Below, one piece after another: positions 31,901 through 38,731 of a stretch of DNA of 62,182 bases (position 1 is its first letter; each line of letters opens with the position of its first letter). The notes under the pieces are model-generated. The model was not told the origin of the DNA. It saw only the letters and a program-made list of their open reading frames with translations, and did no database searches. A program made the position numbers and the translations under genes. Origin of the DNA: a virus (lineage: Duplodnaviria; Caudoviricetes); the IMG/VR virus record IMGVR_UViG_3300043464_000452, positions 1 to 62,182 of that record; one strand, given 5' to 3'.

Positions 31901-31966
31901 CGTACCAATGAGCAAGTCATTTAGGGTAGGTTCAGAAATTATGGGGTATGTACTTATCTTTGCCAT
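25940..31966 (-). CDS. Long tail fibre/adhesin protein
   Basis: 2008 aa; YKGTWNAATNTP module, LSS.DW.TFN.K repeats, 14-aa NSFFG..(S/A)G..NTTG beta-roll repeats. Confidence 0.85.
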   Translation of the reverse strand: MAKISTYPIISEPTLNDLLIGTDVEDLNITKNFTIGDIASLIIGGSYVPYIGATENVDLGAFDITSSAFIVGGGLATQFLKADGSLDATIYQPAGNYITQLSGEATASGPGNATVTLSNSAVINKVLTGLNITGAAIVATDSILTAFGKVQNQINTLVGGVQYKGTWNAATNTPTLVSSVGVQGNYYVVNVAGNTNLNGITDWNLGDWAIFNGSAWEKVDNTDAVISVNGQVGAVVLTTTNIAEGTNLYYTDLRARSAISLTTTGNSGASTYSNLTGILNVPNYTLAGLGGVPLTRELTINGTTFDLSANRSWSVGTVTSISTTGPLTGGTITGSGTIGITQSGASSDGYLSSTDWNTFNNKQNALTNPVTGTGTIFTLPMWSGATSLADSPLSYGPDAFNFQYNSATGGTVNFTNIGLTPYTYAIQMNNFGSPRSTVHSYTDGVVVQFIGGTQVSRVFANGNFILGTGVVDNGYKLEITGNLYVNTIANAITDTDRFIVSDGGVIKYRTGAEILSDIGAQGALTLTTTGTSGAATLISNVLNIPQYTDQFVGTVTSVGLSMPPAFTVSNSPVTSAGTLTVVGAGNATQYVRGDGALATLPTSGTGGGASVSYYLNGSVNQGTIGGVTYYEMNRTPIIGAGTDFTRNTNGYISSFLTDAGDPALLAIPAGNWNFETYFSASSGGGSPTFYLELYKYDGTTFTLIASNSGSPKLINDGTNIEAYFSALAVPQTTLTLTDRLAIRIYVNTSGRTITLHTENGHLCQVITTFTTGLTALNGLTSQVQYFATGTAGTNFNILSAVDTHTFNLPTASAVNRGALSSADWTTFNSKIGGTGTSGQVAFWNGTTSQTGDNGLFWDNTNKRLGVGGSPGAFVLDVNGTARVQGVLTTTADAVVNGVNIGLGGGAVSTNLRVGASALNANTIGSENSAFGTNALFSNTTGNNNTGLGTGALQNNATGGGNTAIGRSAGRFIADGATTLTTATNSVFIGFNSRANANSETNQIAIGHTAIGLGSNTTVIGNSSTTFGRWFGNLLIGTSTNSTFALDVNGTARVQGAVANALTVERTTATSNIYIRYQNVTNSWYAGQTDAGTFGIGTDAALGGSTLFNLTTGGNLLLGSLTNSGQRLQVTGTSLLNGLSTIQGTTASDSGQLGAELLTTGTGDASWTGTSFATGYTHVAGSTTTLTSTLAGVVSTLYQITYTVTGRTAGSFAIDFGGATTAGITATGAVGPRATTTGTLVITPTSDFNGTIVLSIRVISFSSAVVTFNNSSAAISNQIRISNSNTNTFIGFGSGRNNTTGVNNSLFGSSAGASNTTGNNNSFFGIFAGNSNTTGASNSFFGASSGQANTTGGSNSFFGQGSGISNSTGASNSFFGTRSGELNSTGGSNSFFGVFAGFSNTTGGNNSFFGINSGFSNTTGVSNCFFGINAGRFLAYVTTDLTIANDSVFIGANTRANANNQTNQIVIGITAIGLGSNTTVLGNTSTTFGRWFGNLLVGTSTNSGQMLQVTGTSLLNGLSTIQGTTASDTAPLGSELATTGTGTNWAGTDFATGYTHTIGSTAALTTTLAAVVGTYYQITFTVTGRTTGSFVINYGGITFSSLTATGAVGPRATSTATLEIVPTTDFNGTIVLSIRVISASSASVTFTNSSGNINNEIRNNISNTNTFIGFLSGRRNTTGTNNTFIGQSAGQDNTTGGNNTFVGQSCGVSNTTGASNSFFGRLSGQANTIGIFNSFFGSSAGASNTTGNDNSFFGRSSGIANTTGASNSFFGASAGAGNTTGGSNAFFGASAGAANTTGGTNSFFGQVSGFANTTGSNNSFFGTSSGQGNTTGASNSFFGVSAGLSNTTASSNSFFGENAGLANTTGANNIAFGRNSGRYAGSGTTAMTSVNNSIYLGFQTRGLNATGSTNEVVIGYDVVGLGSNTTVLGNSSTTFGRWYGSLLLGTTTNAASSILTMESTTQGFLPPRMTAAQRTAIASPAEGLIVYQTDSVIGLYIYANATWRTLGMI
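26130..28598 (-). repeat. Tandem duplicated ~1.14-1.3 kb fibre module with internal 42-nt repeat arrays
   Basis: GQ.LQVTGTSLLNGLSTIQGTTASD starts at ~28598 and ~27461; GLGSNTTV.GN.STTFGRW occurs three times. Confidence 0.85.
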
Positions 31967-31985
31967 TAGCTCTCAGGTAATTGAA

Positions 31986-31993
31986 CAAATATA
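31986..31993 (-). promoter_or_regulatory. -7 promoter box TATATTTG for fibre genes
   Basis: TAnnTTTG consensus. Confidence 0.55.
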
Positions 31994-32455
31994 CTAAAGA
32001 TTAACGTAAGAAGTCTTGCCATTTGCACGAACAGCTTTCAACTTCTGCTTTCTGTTTTTTCCTTTAGTGTAAGATACGTGTACCCAATCTGGGTTCTTGT
32101 CAGTTCCAAACTCCCAAATCAATTGGTCGAAATTAAGATTGTCCTTAATGAAATTGTAAACGTCAGCATTAGTAACACCACTGCTGCTACCATCCATGTC
32201 GATGTCAATCGCTTCACCCTTACAATGCTGAGAGGATGAACTTCCCTTAATGAATTTATTAAGAGCCTCTGATCTGTAGCCAGAGCTGATGTGAATAGGA
32301 ACTCCAAAGTGCAAACGAATAGGTTCGAATACTTTCTCCGCTAGTAATTTAAAATTCTCTAAATGCTCAGCAGTAGGACTATTGTCAATGCCATTGCGTT
32401 TTGCAGAGTCACTTCTAGTAAGCTCTGATAGATTTAAATGTTGACTGATTTTCAT
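31994..32455 (-). CDS. Endolysin, peptidase M15 family
   Basis: SSGYRS...SQHCKGEAIDI...WVHVSY zinc-peptidase motifs. Confidence 0.88.
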   Translation of the reverse strand: MKISQHLNLSELTRSDSAKRNGIDNSPTAEHLENFKLLAEKVFEPIRLHFGVPIHISSGYRSEALNKFIKGSSSSQHCKGEAIDIDMDGSSSGVTNADVYNFIKDNLNFDQLIWEFGTDKNPDWVHVSYTKGKNRKQKLKAVRANGKTSYVNL

Positions 32456-33210
32456 TCTTTATTTAATTTTTTTTCACCTTCTTGAGTAGCATACTTAATT
32501 CCCATGATAGTACCAACTATTGAAAAGGCATTGGTTAATAGTACACTGAACATATTGCTCCATGTTGATCCAATAATTTGCGTGTCTTTACCTGTAATTA
32601 TTGCCATCCAATAGAGTATTGTCGTAACAACACCAACTCCAACTATCACAGACAGAGCAACCTTAACAATTACTTTTATTAATTCGCTCTGACCTTTTTT
32701 TATTATGATATCTAAATCATTCAACGCAGCATTTTTTTCTATCTCTATAGAATTTTTAAGCTGCTGTGATTTTTCTAACTCAATCTGTAAATCCTTTGAA
32801 AGAGCGTTTATTTTGTTTTTGCTATTGATAGTCTCTGTAATGTCAGTAGCAATCTTCATCACTTTTGTAATTACATTGCTCTCATTTAGGATAGGATTGT
32901 ATGTTGCCTGCAAATAAATTGGGCTCCCATCAATTTTTTTTCTCTCAAACTCTCCCTCAAAAAATTTACCTTCCCTTAGCTTCTCCCAAAATTTTTTGTA
33001 TTCATCAGACTTTGAGTACTCGTAACTAACAAAAATGCTATGGTGCTTTCCAATGAGTTGTTTATGGTCCTCTTCTTGATAGCCCATAGCTGTCAAAAAA
33101 ATGGAGTTCATCCCCAATATGTAGCCATCAAGGTCAAAATAAATAATAGCATTGCTTCTATTTATAGCCTCAAGCCTGCTGAGTAACTCTTCTTTGGAAA
33201 GGTTTTTCAT
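32452..33210 (-). CDS. PAS-domain, coiled-coil, two-TM membrane protein
   Basis: Residues ~10-128 match chemoreceptor-type PAS/PAC (AINRSNAIIYFDLDG.IL..N..FL..MGY....LIGKHHSIF...FWEKLR.G...GEF.R...DG..IYL.ATYNPI......KVMKIATDIT); two hydrophobic helices near the C-terminus. Confidence 0.85.
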   Translation of the reverse strand: MKNLSKEELLSRLEAINRSNAIIYFDLDGYILGMNSIFLTAMGYQEEDHKQLIGKHHSIFVSYEYSKSDEYKKFWEKLREGKFFEGEFERKKIDGSPIYLQATYNPILNESNVITKVMKIATDITETINSKNKINALSKDLQIELEKSQQLKNSIEIEKNAALNDLDIIIKKGQSELIKVIVKVALSVIVGVGVVTTILYWMAIITGKDTQIIGSTWSNMFSVLLTNAFSIVGTIMGIKYATQEGEKKLNKE

Positions 33211-33443
33211 TCTCCACTATTAGGCTTCTTGAATATTTTTTCAGCAGCAGTGATGCCTAAAGCAGCAGCAGACAAAGCCGCTACTGAATATACTAAAGCC
33301 TCAGATGGATCATTAACTGCATCGTGATTTGCGTATAAAGTATAGCACAAGGCTATCGCACTGAATACTCCAACAAATCTTTTGCTAGAAGCTTCACCAT
33401 TCTCGGACACGAATCCTTTTAACCATGTGAAAAACTGTTTCAT
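33207..33443 (-). CDS. Holin-like two-TM protein
   Basis: 78 aa, SSKRF motif, two TM helices, basic C-terminus, in lysis cassette. Confidence 0.65.
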   Translation of the reverse strand: MKQFFTWLKGFVSENGEASSKRFVGVFSAIALCYTLYANHDAVNDPSEALVYSVAALSAAALGITAAEKIFKKPNSGE

Positions 33444-33577
33444 CTTCCTTGACCCTTATATGACTTCTTGTAAAGCTTACTTGACTTATTGTTGCTAGTC
33501 TTGGTCTTAGCAGCTACGCCTTTACTGTTAGACTTCTTGACGTATGTGTTTGCGATTGAAATCTTAGCCTTTGCCAT
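33440..33577 (-). CDS. 45-aa basic protein (ends KKSYKGQGR)
   Basis: Read directly; TAATG overlap upstream and ATGA overlap with holin; below ORF-track cutoff. Confidence 0.7.
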   Translation of the reverse strand: MAKAKISIANTYVKKSNSKGVAAKTKTSNNKSSKLYKKSYKGQGR

Positions 33578-34035
33578 TACTTTATAAGAGCTAGAGTTTT
33601 AAGTTTTTTTATAATTTTATTAGCCTCATCTTCAGCAAAAGTTATTGCCTCTTCTTCTTTATCTTTTATGTCCCAGTTGTTAAGCAAAATAGCTAGATGC
33701 ATAGTCTCATGCATAATAGCTGTCTTCTGCTCATCAGCACTGTATCTCTTAAACGCACCCATATTCAAGAAAATAAAAGGCTTGTATGGATTTTTTGCTG
33801 TAAGTTTTTTATCATTTGGATTATAGTTTGTAAGACCATAGATGTAGACTCCGTTACCTTTTGTCTTGTCAACCTCTTCTGCTTGAGCATCTTTTAAATT
33901 TAGCCCATGCATTTCTTCTACATTGTAAAACTTAAATATATCAGTAGCATCCTTGCCTATTACAAGGATGTAATCTCCCATGTCAATTTTTTTAAAACTT
34001 GGAGACTTACTTATTATCTTTAAGCCTTGGTTCAT
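33577..34035 (-). CDS. HExxH zincin-like metallopeptidase
   Basis: IMHETMH followed by downstream EE; AT-rich. Confidence 0.55.
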   Translation of the reverse strand: MNQGLKIISKSPSFKKIDMGDYILVIGKDATDIFKFYNVEEMHGLNLKDAQAEEVDKTKGNGVYIYGLTNYNPNDKKLTAKNPYKPFIFLNMGAFKRYSADEQKTAIMHETMHLAILLNNWDIKDKEEEAITFAEDEANKIIKKLKTLALIK

Positions 34036-34037
34036 TA

Positions 34038-34322
34038 CTACTTTAATATTTCAACAATAACTTTTAACGCCCCCAATCCAACAAGTGTGACTAGTGCGTA
34101 AAAATAATTCTTGTATTTCTTTAATTCAGACTTCAATTCATATACCTCTTTCTTCATTGTCCTCAAGTCTCCAATCATTCCATTAGAGTCTTTGTCAATA
34201 GGATTGCCTGAAAGTAAAGTATGCATATCTTTAACAATAGCTTTAACCTCAGCTACGTCATTCTTTAACGCATCCAATTCAGCTGCCATATAATCAAGCC
34301 TATTGTTTTCCTGAGGATTCAT
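34038..34322 (-). CDS. Coiled-coil protein with C-terminal TM (lysis-associated, XhlA-like architecture)
   Basis: Heptad pattern then YFYALVTLVGLGALKVIV. Confidence 0.5.
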   Translation of the reverse strand: MNPQENNRLDYMAAELDALKNDVAEVKAIVKDMHTLLSGNPIDKDSNGMIGDLRTMKKEVYELKSELKKYKNYFYALVTLVGLGALKVIVEILK

Positions 34323-34580
34323 TTACCAAAGAGCTACAATATTGTTAGCTGTTGTGTCACTAGCGAATACTCTAATTACCTGGAAGGTAGTAAGGAATCC
34401 GTTTGGTATGTTTGTAAACGTAATGTCATCTCCTCCTGCTGTTAGCACTCGAAGGATTCCTCCGGTACCTACATACAATACACAGCCTTCTACTGCTCCA
34501 TTGCCAGGATTAGGGATATTTACAGTATCACTTTTAGTGACAACAGCTGCTCTTGATTGTTGTAATTTCTGATATGCCAT
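34323..34580 (-). CDS. Small virion protein (spike-base-like)
   Basis: LYVGTGG.LRV...GG.DITF..IP.G....QV.RV...T.A..IVALW pattern. Confidence 0.55.
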   Translation of the reverse strand: MAYQKLQQSRAAVVTKSDTVNIPNPGNGAVEGCVLYVGTGGILRVLTAGGDDITFTNIPNGFLTTFQVIRVFASDTTANNIVALW

Positions 34581-34591
34581 GATGTTATTAA

Positions 34592-34750
34592 TTAATCTTC
34601 TTTATATGGAAACGCACGGTTAAGTGCATCTTTTCTTTTTCCGCATCCACAATCTTTTCCTGCGGCCTTAGCAACAGTTTCAACTACCTTCTTAATTCCG
34701 GTAGCTTCAGTTATTTTTTCGATAGTATCTCCTAGTCCTTTACTTTTCAT
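34592..34750 (-). CDS. Small conserved phage protein (GLGDTIEKIT..TGIK, CGC motif)
   Basis: Likely ATG at 34750. Confidence 0.6.
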   Translation of the reverse strand: MKSKGLGDTIEKITEATGIKKVVETVAKAAGKDCGCGKRKDALNRAFPYKED

Positions 34751-34821
34751 ATTCGTTATAAGAAAGAATGGCACCAACCAATTAAGACTGATGCCGTTCT
34801 TATTCTGTTTAGATGAATAAT

Positions 34822-35217
34822 TTATTCAGCCTCAGATTGCTCAGCCTCAATACTTTCTACCCATCCTGCTAAGAACTTAAAGTTCTCAATACCTTCACTT
34901 GAGAAAGTAAACTGATAGAACTCAAAGGTATCATCAAGCAATGCCTTCATGTCCTTAGACATAGCCTTGATTCCTTCTTTAGTGAACTTGTATTCACCCT
35001 TCTCATTCAAGTCCAACACTCCACTTGATTCAGTATGAGCATGGTCAAGACGAATGTCTTCACGCTTCTCGTTGTACTCTTCAAATAGAGGCTTAATCTT
35101 TTCAGCAATTTTCTTAAGCTTAGCCTCTGCCTTGCTGCCTTTTTCAGTAGGAGTCATGTTCAATGATCGAACTAGCTCCAATAACTCTGAATTTGTTTTT
35201 GTTACTTTCTGTGCCAT
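34822..35217 (-). CDS. Hypothetical protein
   Basis: 131 aa with own -7 box at 35241-35248. Confidence 0.6.
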   Translation of the reverse strand: MAQKVTKTNSELLELVRSLNMTPTEKGSKAEAKLKKIAEKIKPLFEEYNEKREDIRLDHAHTESSGVLDLNEKGEYKFTKEGIKAMSKDMKALLDDTFEFYQFTFSSEGIENFKFLAGWVESIEAEQSEAE

Positions 35218-35249
35218 TTGATTTGATTTTTAATGATGAACAAATATAG

Positions 35250-35585
35250 TTAAACTTTAGAAATTCTTTTACCCATTCCAACTCTACTTTTCTCTGCCTT
35301 CTTTGCAGCAAGCTTTGCTGGACTTATTTCACTCTTAGTCTTTGGTGTTTCTGAAGACACTCGCTTAGTAGGTCGGCAGTACTCATTACGTCCACCTGCC
35401 CCACAGGATTTACCAGTCTTGGTATCCTGCCACTTCTCTGCTTCCCATCTTTTCAAACTAGAACCCTTCTCAGACTTAGTAACACTGCCCGATGCCTTAC
35501 GGCACTTAGCAATAGCCTGAGATGCTCTTGCAGAAGGGAATACATCGTAAGATGCCTTTACCTTTTTGTAGCAAGCGTCTTTCAT
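35250..35585 (-). CDS. Basic Cys-containing hypothetical protein
   Basis: DACYKKVK..Y.VFPSA...LKRW..EKW...CRPTKRVS..TPKT pattern. Confidence 0.65.
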   Translation of the reverse strand: MKDACYKKVKASYDVFPSARASQAIAKCRKASGSVTKSEKGSSLKRWEAEKWQDTKTGKSCGAGGRNEYCRPTKRVSSETPKTKSEISPAKLAAKKAEKSRVGMGKRISKV

Positions 35586-35875
35586 CAGTACTTACCTCTC
35601 TTACTCTTAGGGGATGATTGAGTAGATCCTCCAGGACCTGCCCATAAGTTCTTACATGCCCAGTACCTAGCAGATAATTTATCTGAAGCACTGTCGCATT
35701 TATGACGAGCCTTAAATGAAGACCGTGCCGCTGCTGAATAGTTATGACCATAACCCTCTGCACCAAAGTGAATTAGCTTTTCTTGTCCGTTAGAACAAGC
35801 TTTAACCATCCTCTTCTTGCCGGGCCTGTCAGAGGCAACGACACGATTACATTTCATCTTTGACTTCTCAGCCAT
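35585..35875 (-). CDS. Basic hypothetical protein
   Basis: IHFGAEG...SFKARHKC...SARYWAC pattern. Confidence 0.65.
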   Translation of the reverse strand: MAEKSKMKCNRVVASDRPGKKRMVKACSNGQEKLIHFGAEGYGHNYSAAARSSFKARHKCDSASDKLSARYWACKNLWAGPGGSTQSSPKSKRGKY

Positions 35876-35877
35876 AA

Positions 35878-36015
35878 TTACTTCTTCTTGCCTAGTTTTT
35901 TGGCTACAGCCTTTTTAACTACAGCTTTAACAGCCTTCTTAGCAATTGCTTTTTTTGGTCCACCTAGGACAGCAGCTTTGGGCATACCCATAGCCATCAT
36001 TTGATCTCCTTTCAT
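35878..36015 (-). CDS. 45-aa histone H1-like Lys/Ala protein
   Basis: MKGDQMMAMGMPKAAVLGGPKKAIAKKAVKAVVKKAVAKKLGKKK, read directly. Confidence 0.7.
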   Translation of the reverse strand: MKGDQMMAMGMPKAAVLGGPKKAIAKKAVKAVVKKAVAKKLGKKK

Positions 36016-36036
36016 TTCTTCTTTGGTTAAATATGG

Positions 36037-36056
36037 TACCTTTGTTTACAAATGTA
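36037..36056. promoter_or_regulatory. Face-to-face -7 boxes: TACCTTTG (+, 36037-36044) and TACATTTG (-, 36049-36056)
   Basis: Two TAnnTTTG matches on opposite strands, 4 bp apart, in a 50-bp divergent intergenic gap. Confidence 0.6.
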
Positions 36057-36065
36057 ATAATAAAA

Positions 36066-36542
36066 ATGAAATCAAATAAAAGAGACTACCTGAAATTCTG
36101 GAAAGTAATTCGTGAATATTTTAAAGTAAGGCACAATCTAAGCCAAGCAGATCTAGACATGCTGCTATACCTATACTCAGAACGCTACTTTAATATCACC
36201 ACCTTTAGGGAATACGAAAAAATATTTAGCTGGAATAAAGAAAGGTTCTACAGATTAATAAAAGAAGGATGGATTGAGCTCTTTGCAAGTAGACAGAAGG
36301 GTAGACCTGCCATGAGATCTAAGGCATTGTACTGCCTGTCCTATAAGGCAAAGCGAATGATTAACTCAATCTACAAAAAGTTAGAAGGAGAAGAAATTCC
36401 TGAGACAATGTGCAACAACCCCATGTTCAAGAAGAACGTGAGGTTCTCAGACAAGGTCTACAAGAATATGATTATTACTATGAATCAGGAACTAAAGGAG
36501 AATAGACTTACAGGACAAGAACTACGTCACGTTCCTGAATAA
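36066..36542 (+). CDS. Winged-helix (MarR-like) DNA-binding protein
   Basis: LSQADLDMLLYL...RLIKEGWIE...LYCLS.KAK wHTH pattern; likely start 36066. Confidence 0.55.
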   Translation: MKSNKRDYLKFWKVIREYFKVRHNLSQADLDMLLYLYSERYFNITTFREYEKIFSWNKERFYRLIKEGWIELFASRQKGRPAMRSKALYCLSYKAKRMINSIYKKLEGEEIPETMCNNPMFKKNVRFSDKVYKNMIITMNQELKENRLTGQELRHVPE

Positions 36543-36765
36543 TTACGCAGTGCTCATCATTGATGATCATCACGTAGCTATTCGCCTTGTCGTAATACAC
36601 CTCATCACCAGGCTTAATGTTGTAAACCTCTGTGCCTGAGTTGATTACAACTCCACGCTTGTAGCGTAATTGGTTGGTATCCTCACCGGATAGAATTAGT
36701 CCTGAAGAAGTCTTCACTTCCTTGTCAATAGATTTGATTACAATGTTTTTTCCTATAGCTTTCAT
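36508..36765 (-). CDS. groES: Co-chaperonin GroES
   Basis: KTSSGLIL mobile loop, GVVI..G......IKPGDEVYY, IIQERDVV. Confidence 0.85.
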   Translation of the reverse strand: MKAIGKNIVIKSIDKEVKTSSGLILSGEDTNQLRYKRGVVINSGTEVYNIKPGDEVYYDKANSYVMIINDEHCVIIQERDVVLVL

Positions 36766-36778
36766 ACTACAAAGATAC

Positions 36779-36883
36779 TTATGTAAAGACTAAAAACAAG
36801 ATACTGGAAATAACTACTCCGAATACAACCCCTATCAGAAGTCCATCTATGAAGTTCCGATAATCTCTTTGATTTAATGTCAT
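36779..36883 (-). CDS. 34-aa single-TM protein
   Basis: MTLNQRDYRNFIDGLLIGVVFGVVISSILFLVFT read directly. Confidence 0.45.
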   Translation of the reverse strand: MTLNQRDYRNFIDGLLIGVVFGVVISSILFLVFT

Positions 36884-36970
36884 AAGATTATTTTTATGTT
36901 TCCAATATAACAAAGGAATTTGAAAAATAAAAAAAAAATAGTAACTTTATGGACAACAAATAAGCTTCTG

Positions 36971-37852
36971 ATGAATCTAAGAAAGGTTAGCAGGAATGTT
37001 CACGTCATTGATCTAGAAAAATCAGAGACAAAAATAGCTTTACTATCGGACATCCACTGGGATAATCCAAAGTGTGATAGAGAAAAACTAAAGGATCACC
37101 TAGAGTACTGCAAAAAAAATAATATCCCAATCTTAATCAATGGTGATTTCTTCTGCTTGATGCAAGGGAAGTATGATCCAAGAAGAAACAAGAAGGATAT
37201 TCTGCCTGAGCACAATAAAGCAAATTATATAGATGCTGTTATTGAAGATGCGGTAGATTATTGGTCTCCATACGCAAATCTACTTACAGTAATTGGATAT
37301 GGTAACCACGAGACCGCAATCATTAAGAACTTAGAGACTGATCCTCTACAAAGATTCGTTGACTTGCTCAATTACACCAACAAGACAGAGGTTTATACTG
37401 GTGGATATGGGGGATGGCTAGTCATTAAACATAATCTAGGTAGCAATACCTACATGTCAAAAAATTTAAAGTACTTCCACGGTTCAGGAGGTGGAGGAAT
37501 AGTTACAAAGGGAGCTATAAACTTGACAAGAGCACTAGAAATGTACGAAAACATGGACATATTTATCATGGGTCACATACATGAGAATTCTAGCCGTAAC
37601 GATGTGCGTGATACTATATCTTACAACCCAGGAAAGCATGTGCATGAGATTGTTCATAAGCAAATTCACCTAGCTATTACTGGGTCATACAAGGAAGAGT
37701 ATGAAGATGGAGCATTTGGATGGCATGTTGAGCGAGGAGCCCCTATTAAACCTACTGGTGGAAGGATACTTACATTAGCAGGAAAGGAAATAAGCAGAAA
37801 AGAAAATAAATCTTTTGAATTATTAGTAGACAGTTGCAAGTTCCCACTATGA
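36971..37852 (+). CDS. Calcineurin-like metallophosphoesterase
   Basis: SDIH, GDFF, GNHE, HG, GHIH motifs; likely ATG 36971. Confidence 0.85.
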   Translation: MNLRKVSRNVHVIDLEKSETKIALLSDIHWDNPKCDREKLKDHLEYCKKNNIPILINGDFFCLMQGKYDPRRNKKDILPEHNKANYIDAVIEDAVDYWSPYANLLTVIGYGNHETAIIKNLETDPLQRFVDLLNYTNKTEVYTGGYGGWLVIKHNLGSNTYMSKNLKYFHGSGGGGIVTKGAINLTRALEMYENMDIFIMGHIHENSSRNDVRDTISYNPGKHVHEIVHKQIHLAITGSYKEEYEDGAFGWHVERGAPIKPTGGRILTLAGKEISRKENKSFELLVDSCKFPL

Positions 37853-38070
37853 AAGCAATACTAGAATTTGATTTGCCTGAAGATAACACAGATTTCCAGG
37901 CAGCTATAAACGGAAGCAACTATAAAAGTGCTATCTGGGACTTTGACCAGTTGCTCAGATCTGAAATGAAATACAAAGAGTTATCTGATGATACCTATCA
38001 GGCTTATAAATGGTGCCGTGAGGAGTTAAGAAAAATATTAGAACAAGACAATTTATTTATCGAACAATAA
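37849..38070 (+). CDS. Hypothetical protein (MKAILEFDLPED family)
   Basis: ATGA-coupled to the previous gene. Confidence 0.6.
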   Translation: MKAILEFDLPEDNTDFQAAINGSNYKSAIWDFDQLLRSEMKYKELSDDTYQAYKWCREELRKILEQDNLFIEQ

Positions 38071-38606
38071 TGGAGGATAAAAAAATACAAATCGCAATCA
38101 TTTCATTCTTAGTAGGCGCTATACTTACGTTACTTGTTTATCCAAAACCTGAAGCAGAAGAGATTTATAGGTTTACAACTGTAACAGAAACTGATACTTT
38201 GTTTGTCGACAAAGTGTCGACAGTTTATATCCCTAAAAAAGAAATTAAAACTCAAGTTCTTAGGGATACAATCTTAGTTGACCATACGCCTACTATAAAT
38301 GCCTTCAGTTCAACGACACCTTTCGAGTATGGTAACACCTATGTAAGCGGAGAAGTCCTCGGAGAGGTACTTAAAATGAGCGTTACGAACGATTTTAAAA
38401 TACCTGTTGTAACCAATACGGTTACTAACACAGAAACTAGGACAATTATCCAGAAACCTAAGGGAATATATTTAGGAGCAGGAGTCAACTCCTTGTTAAA
38501 ACCTAGCGCATCGGTTGCTTACTTAGATAACAAGTACTTATTTCAGTACCAATACCAACCCGTGACGAACATTCACACCTTAGGCGTTAGTAAAAAGTTA
38601 TTCTAA
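38070..38606 (+). CDS. Membrane-anchored protein, possibly spanin/Rz-like
   Basis: N-terminal TM, DT-rich linker, C-terminal amphipathic beta strands ending in F. Confidence 0.4.
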   Translation: MEDKKIQIAIISFLVGAILTLLVYPKPEAEEIYRFTTVTETDTLFVDKVSTVYIPKKEIKTQVLRDTILVDHTPTINAFSSTTPFEYGNTYVSGEVLGEVLKMSVTNDFKIPVVTNTVTNTETRTIIQKPKGIYLGAGVNSLLKPSASVAYLDNKYLFQYQYQPVTNIHTLGVSKKLF

Positions 38607-38610
38607 AAGT

Positions 38611-38652
38611 ACCCAAGCAGCATACCGTAGGATCTGCTCTTGGGTCATTTTT
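38611..38652 (+). terminator. Hairpin terminator between convergent genes
   Basis: ACCCAAG-CAG...CTG-CTTGGGT followed by T-run. Confidence 0.5.
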
Positions 38653-38731
38653 TATTGTACAATTCGGATATTATCCGAAATGTTTCTCTAAAATTTACAA
38701 TATTTGCGACATTTGTAAAATATATTTTACA

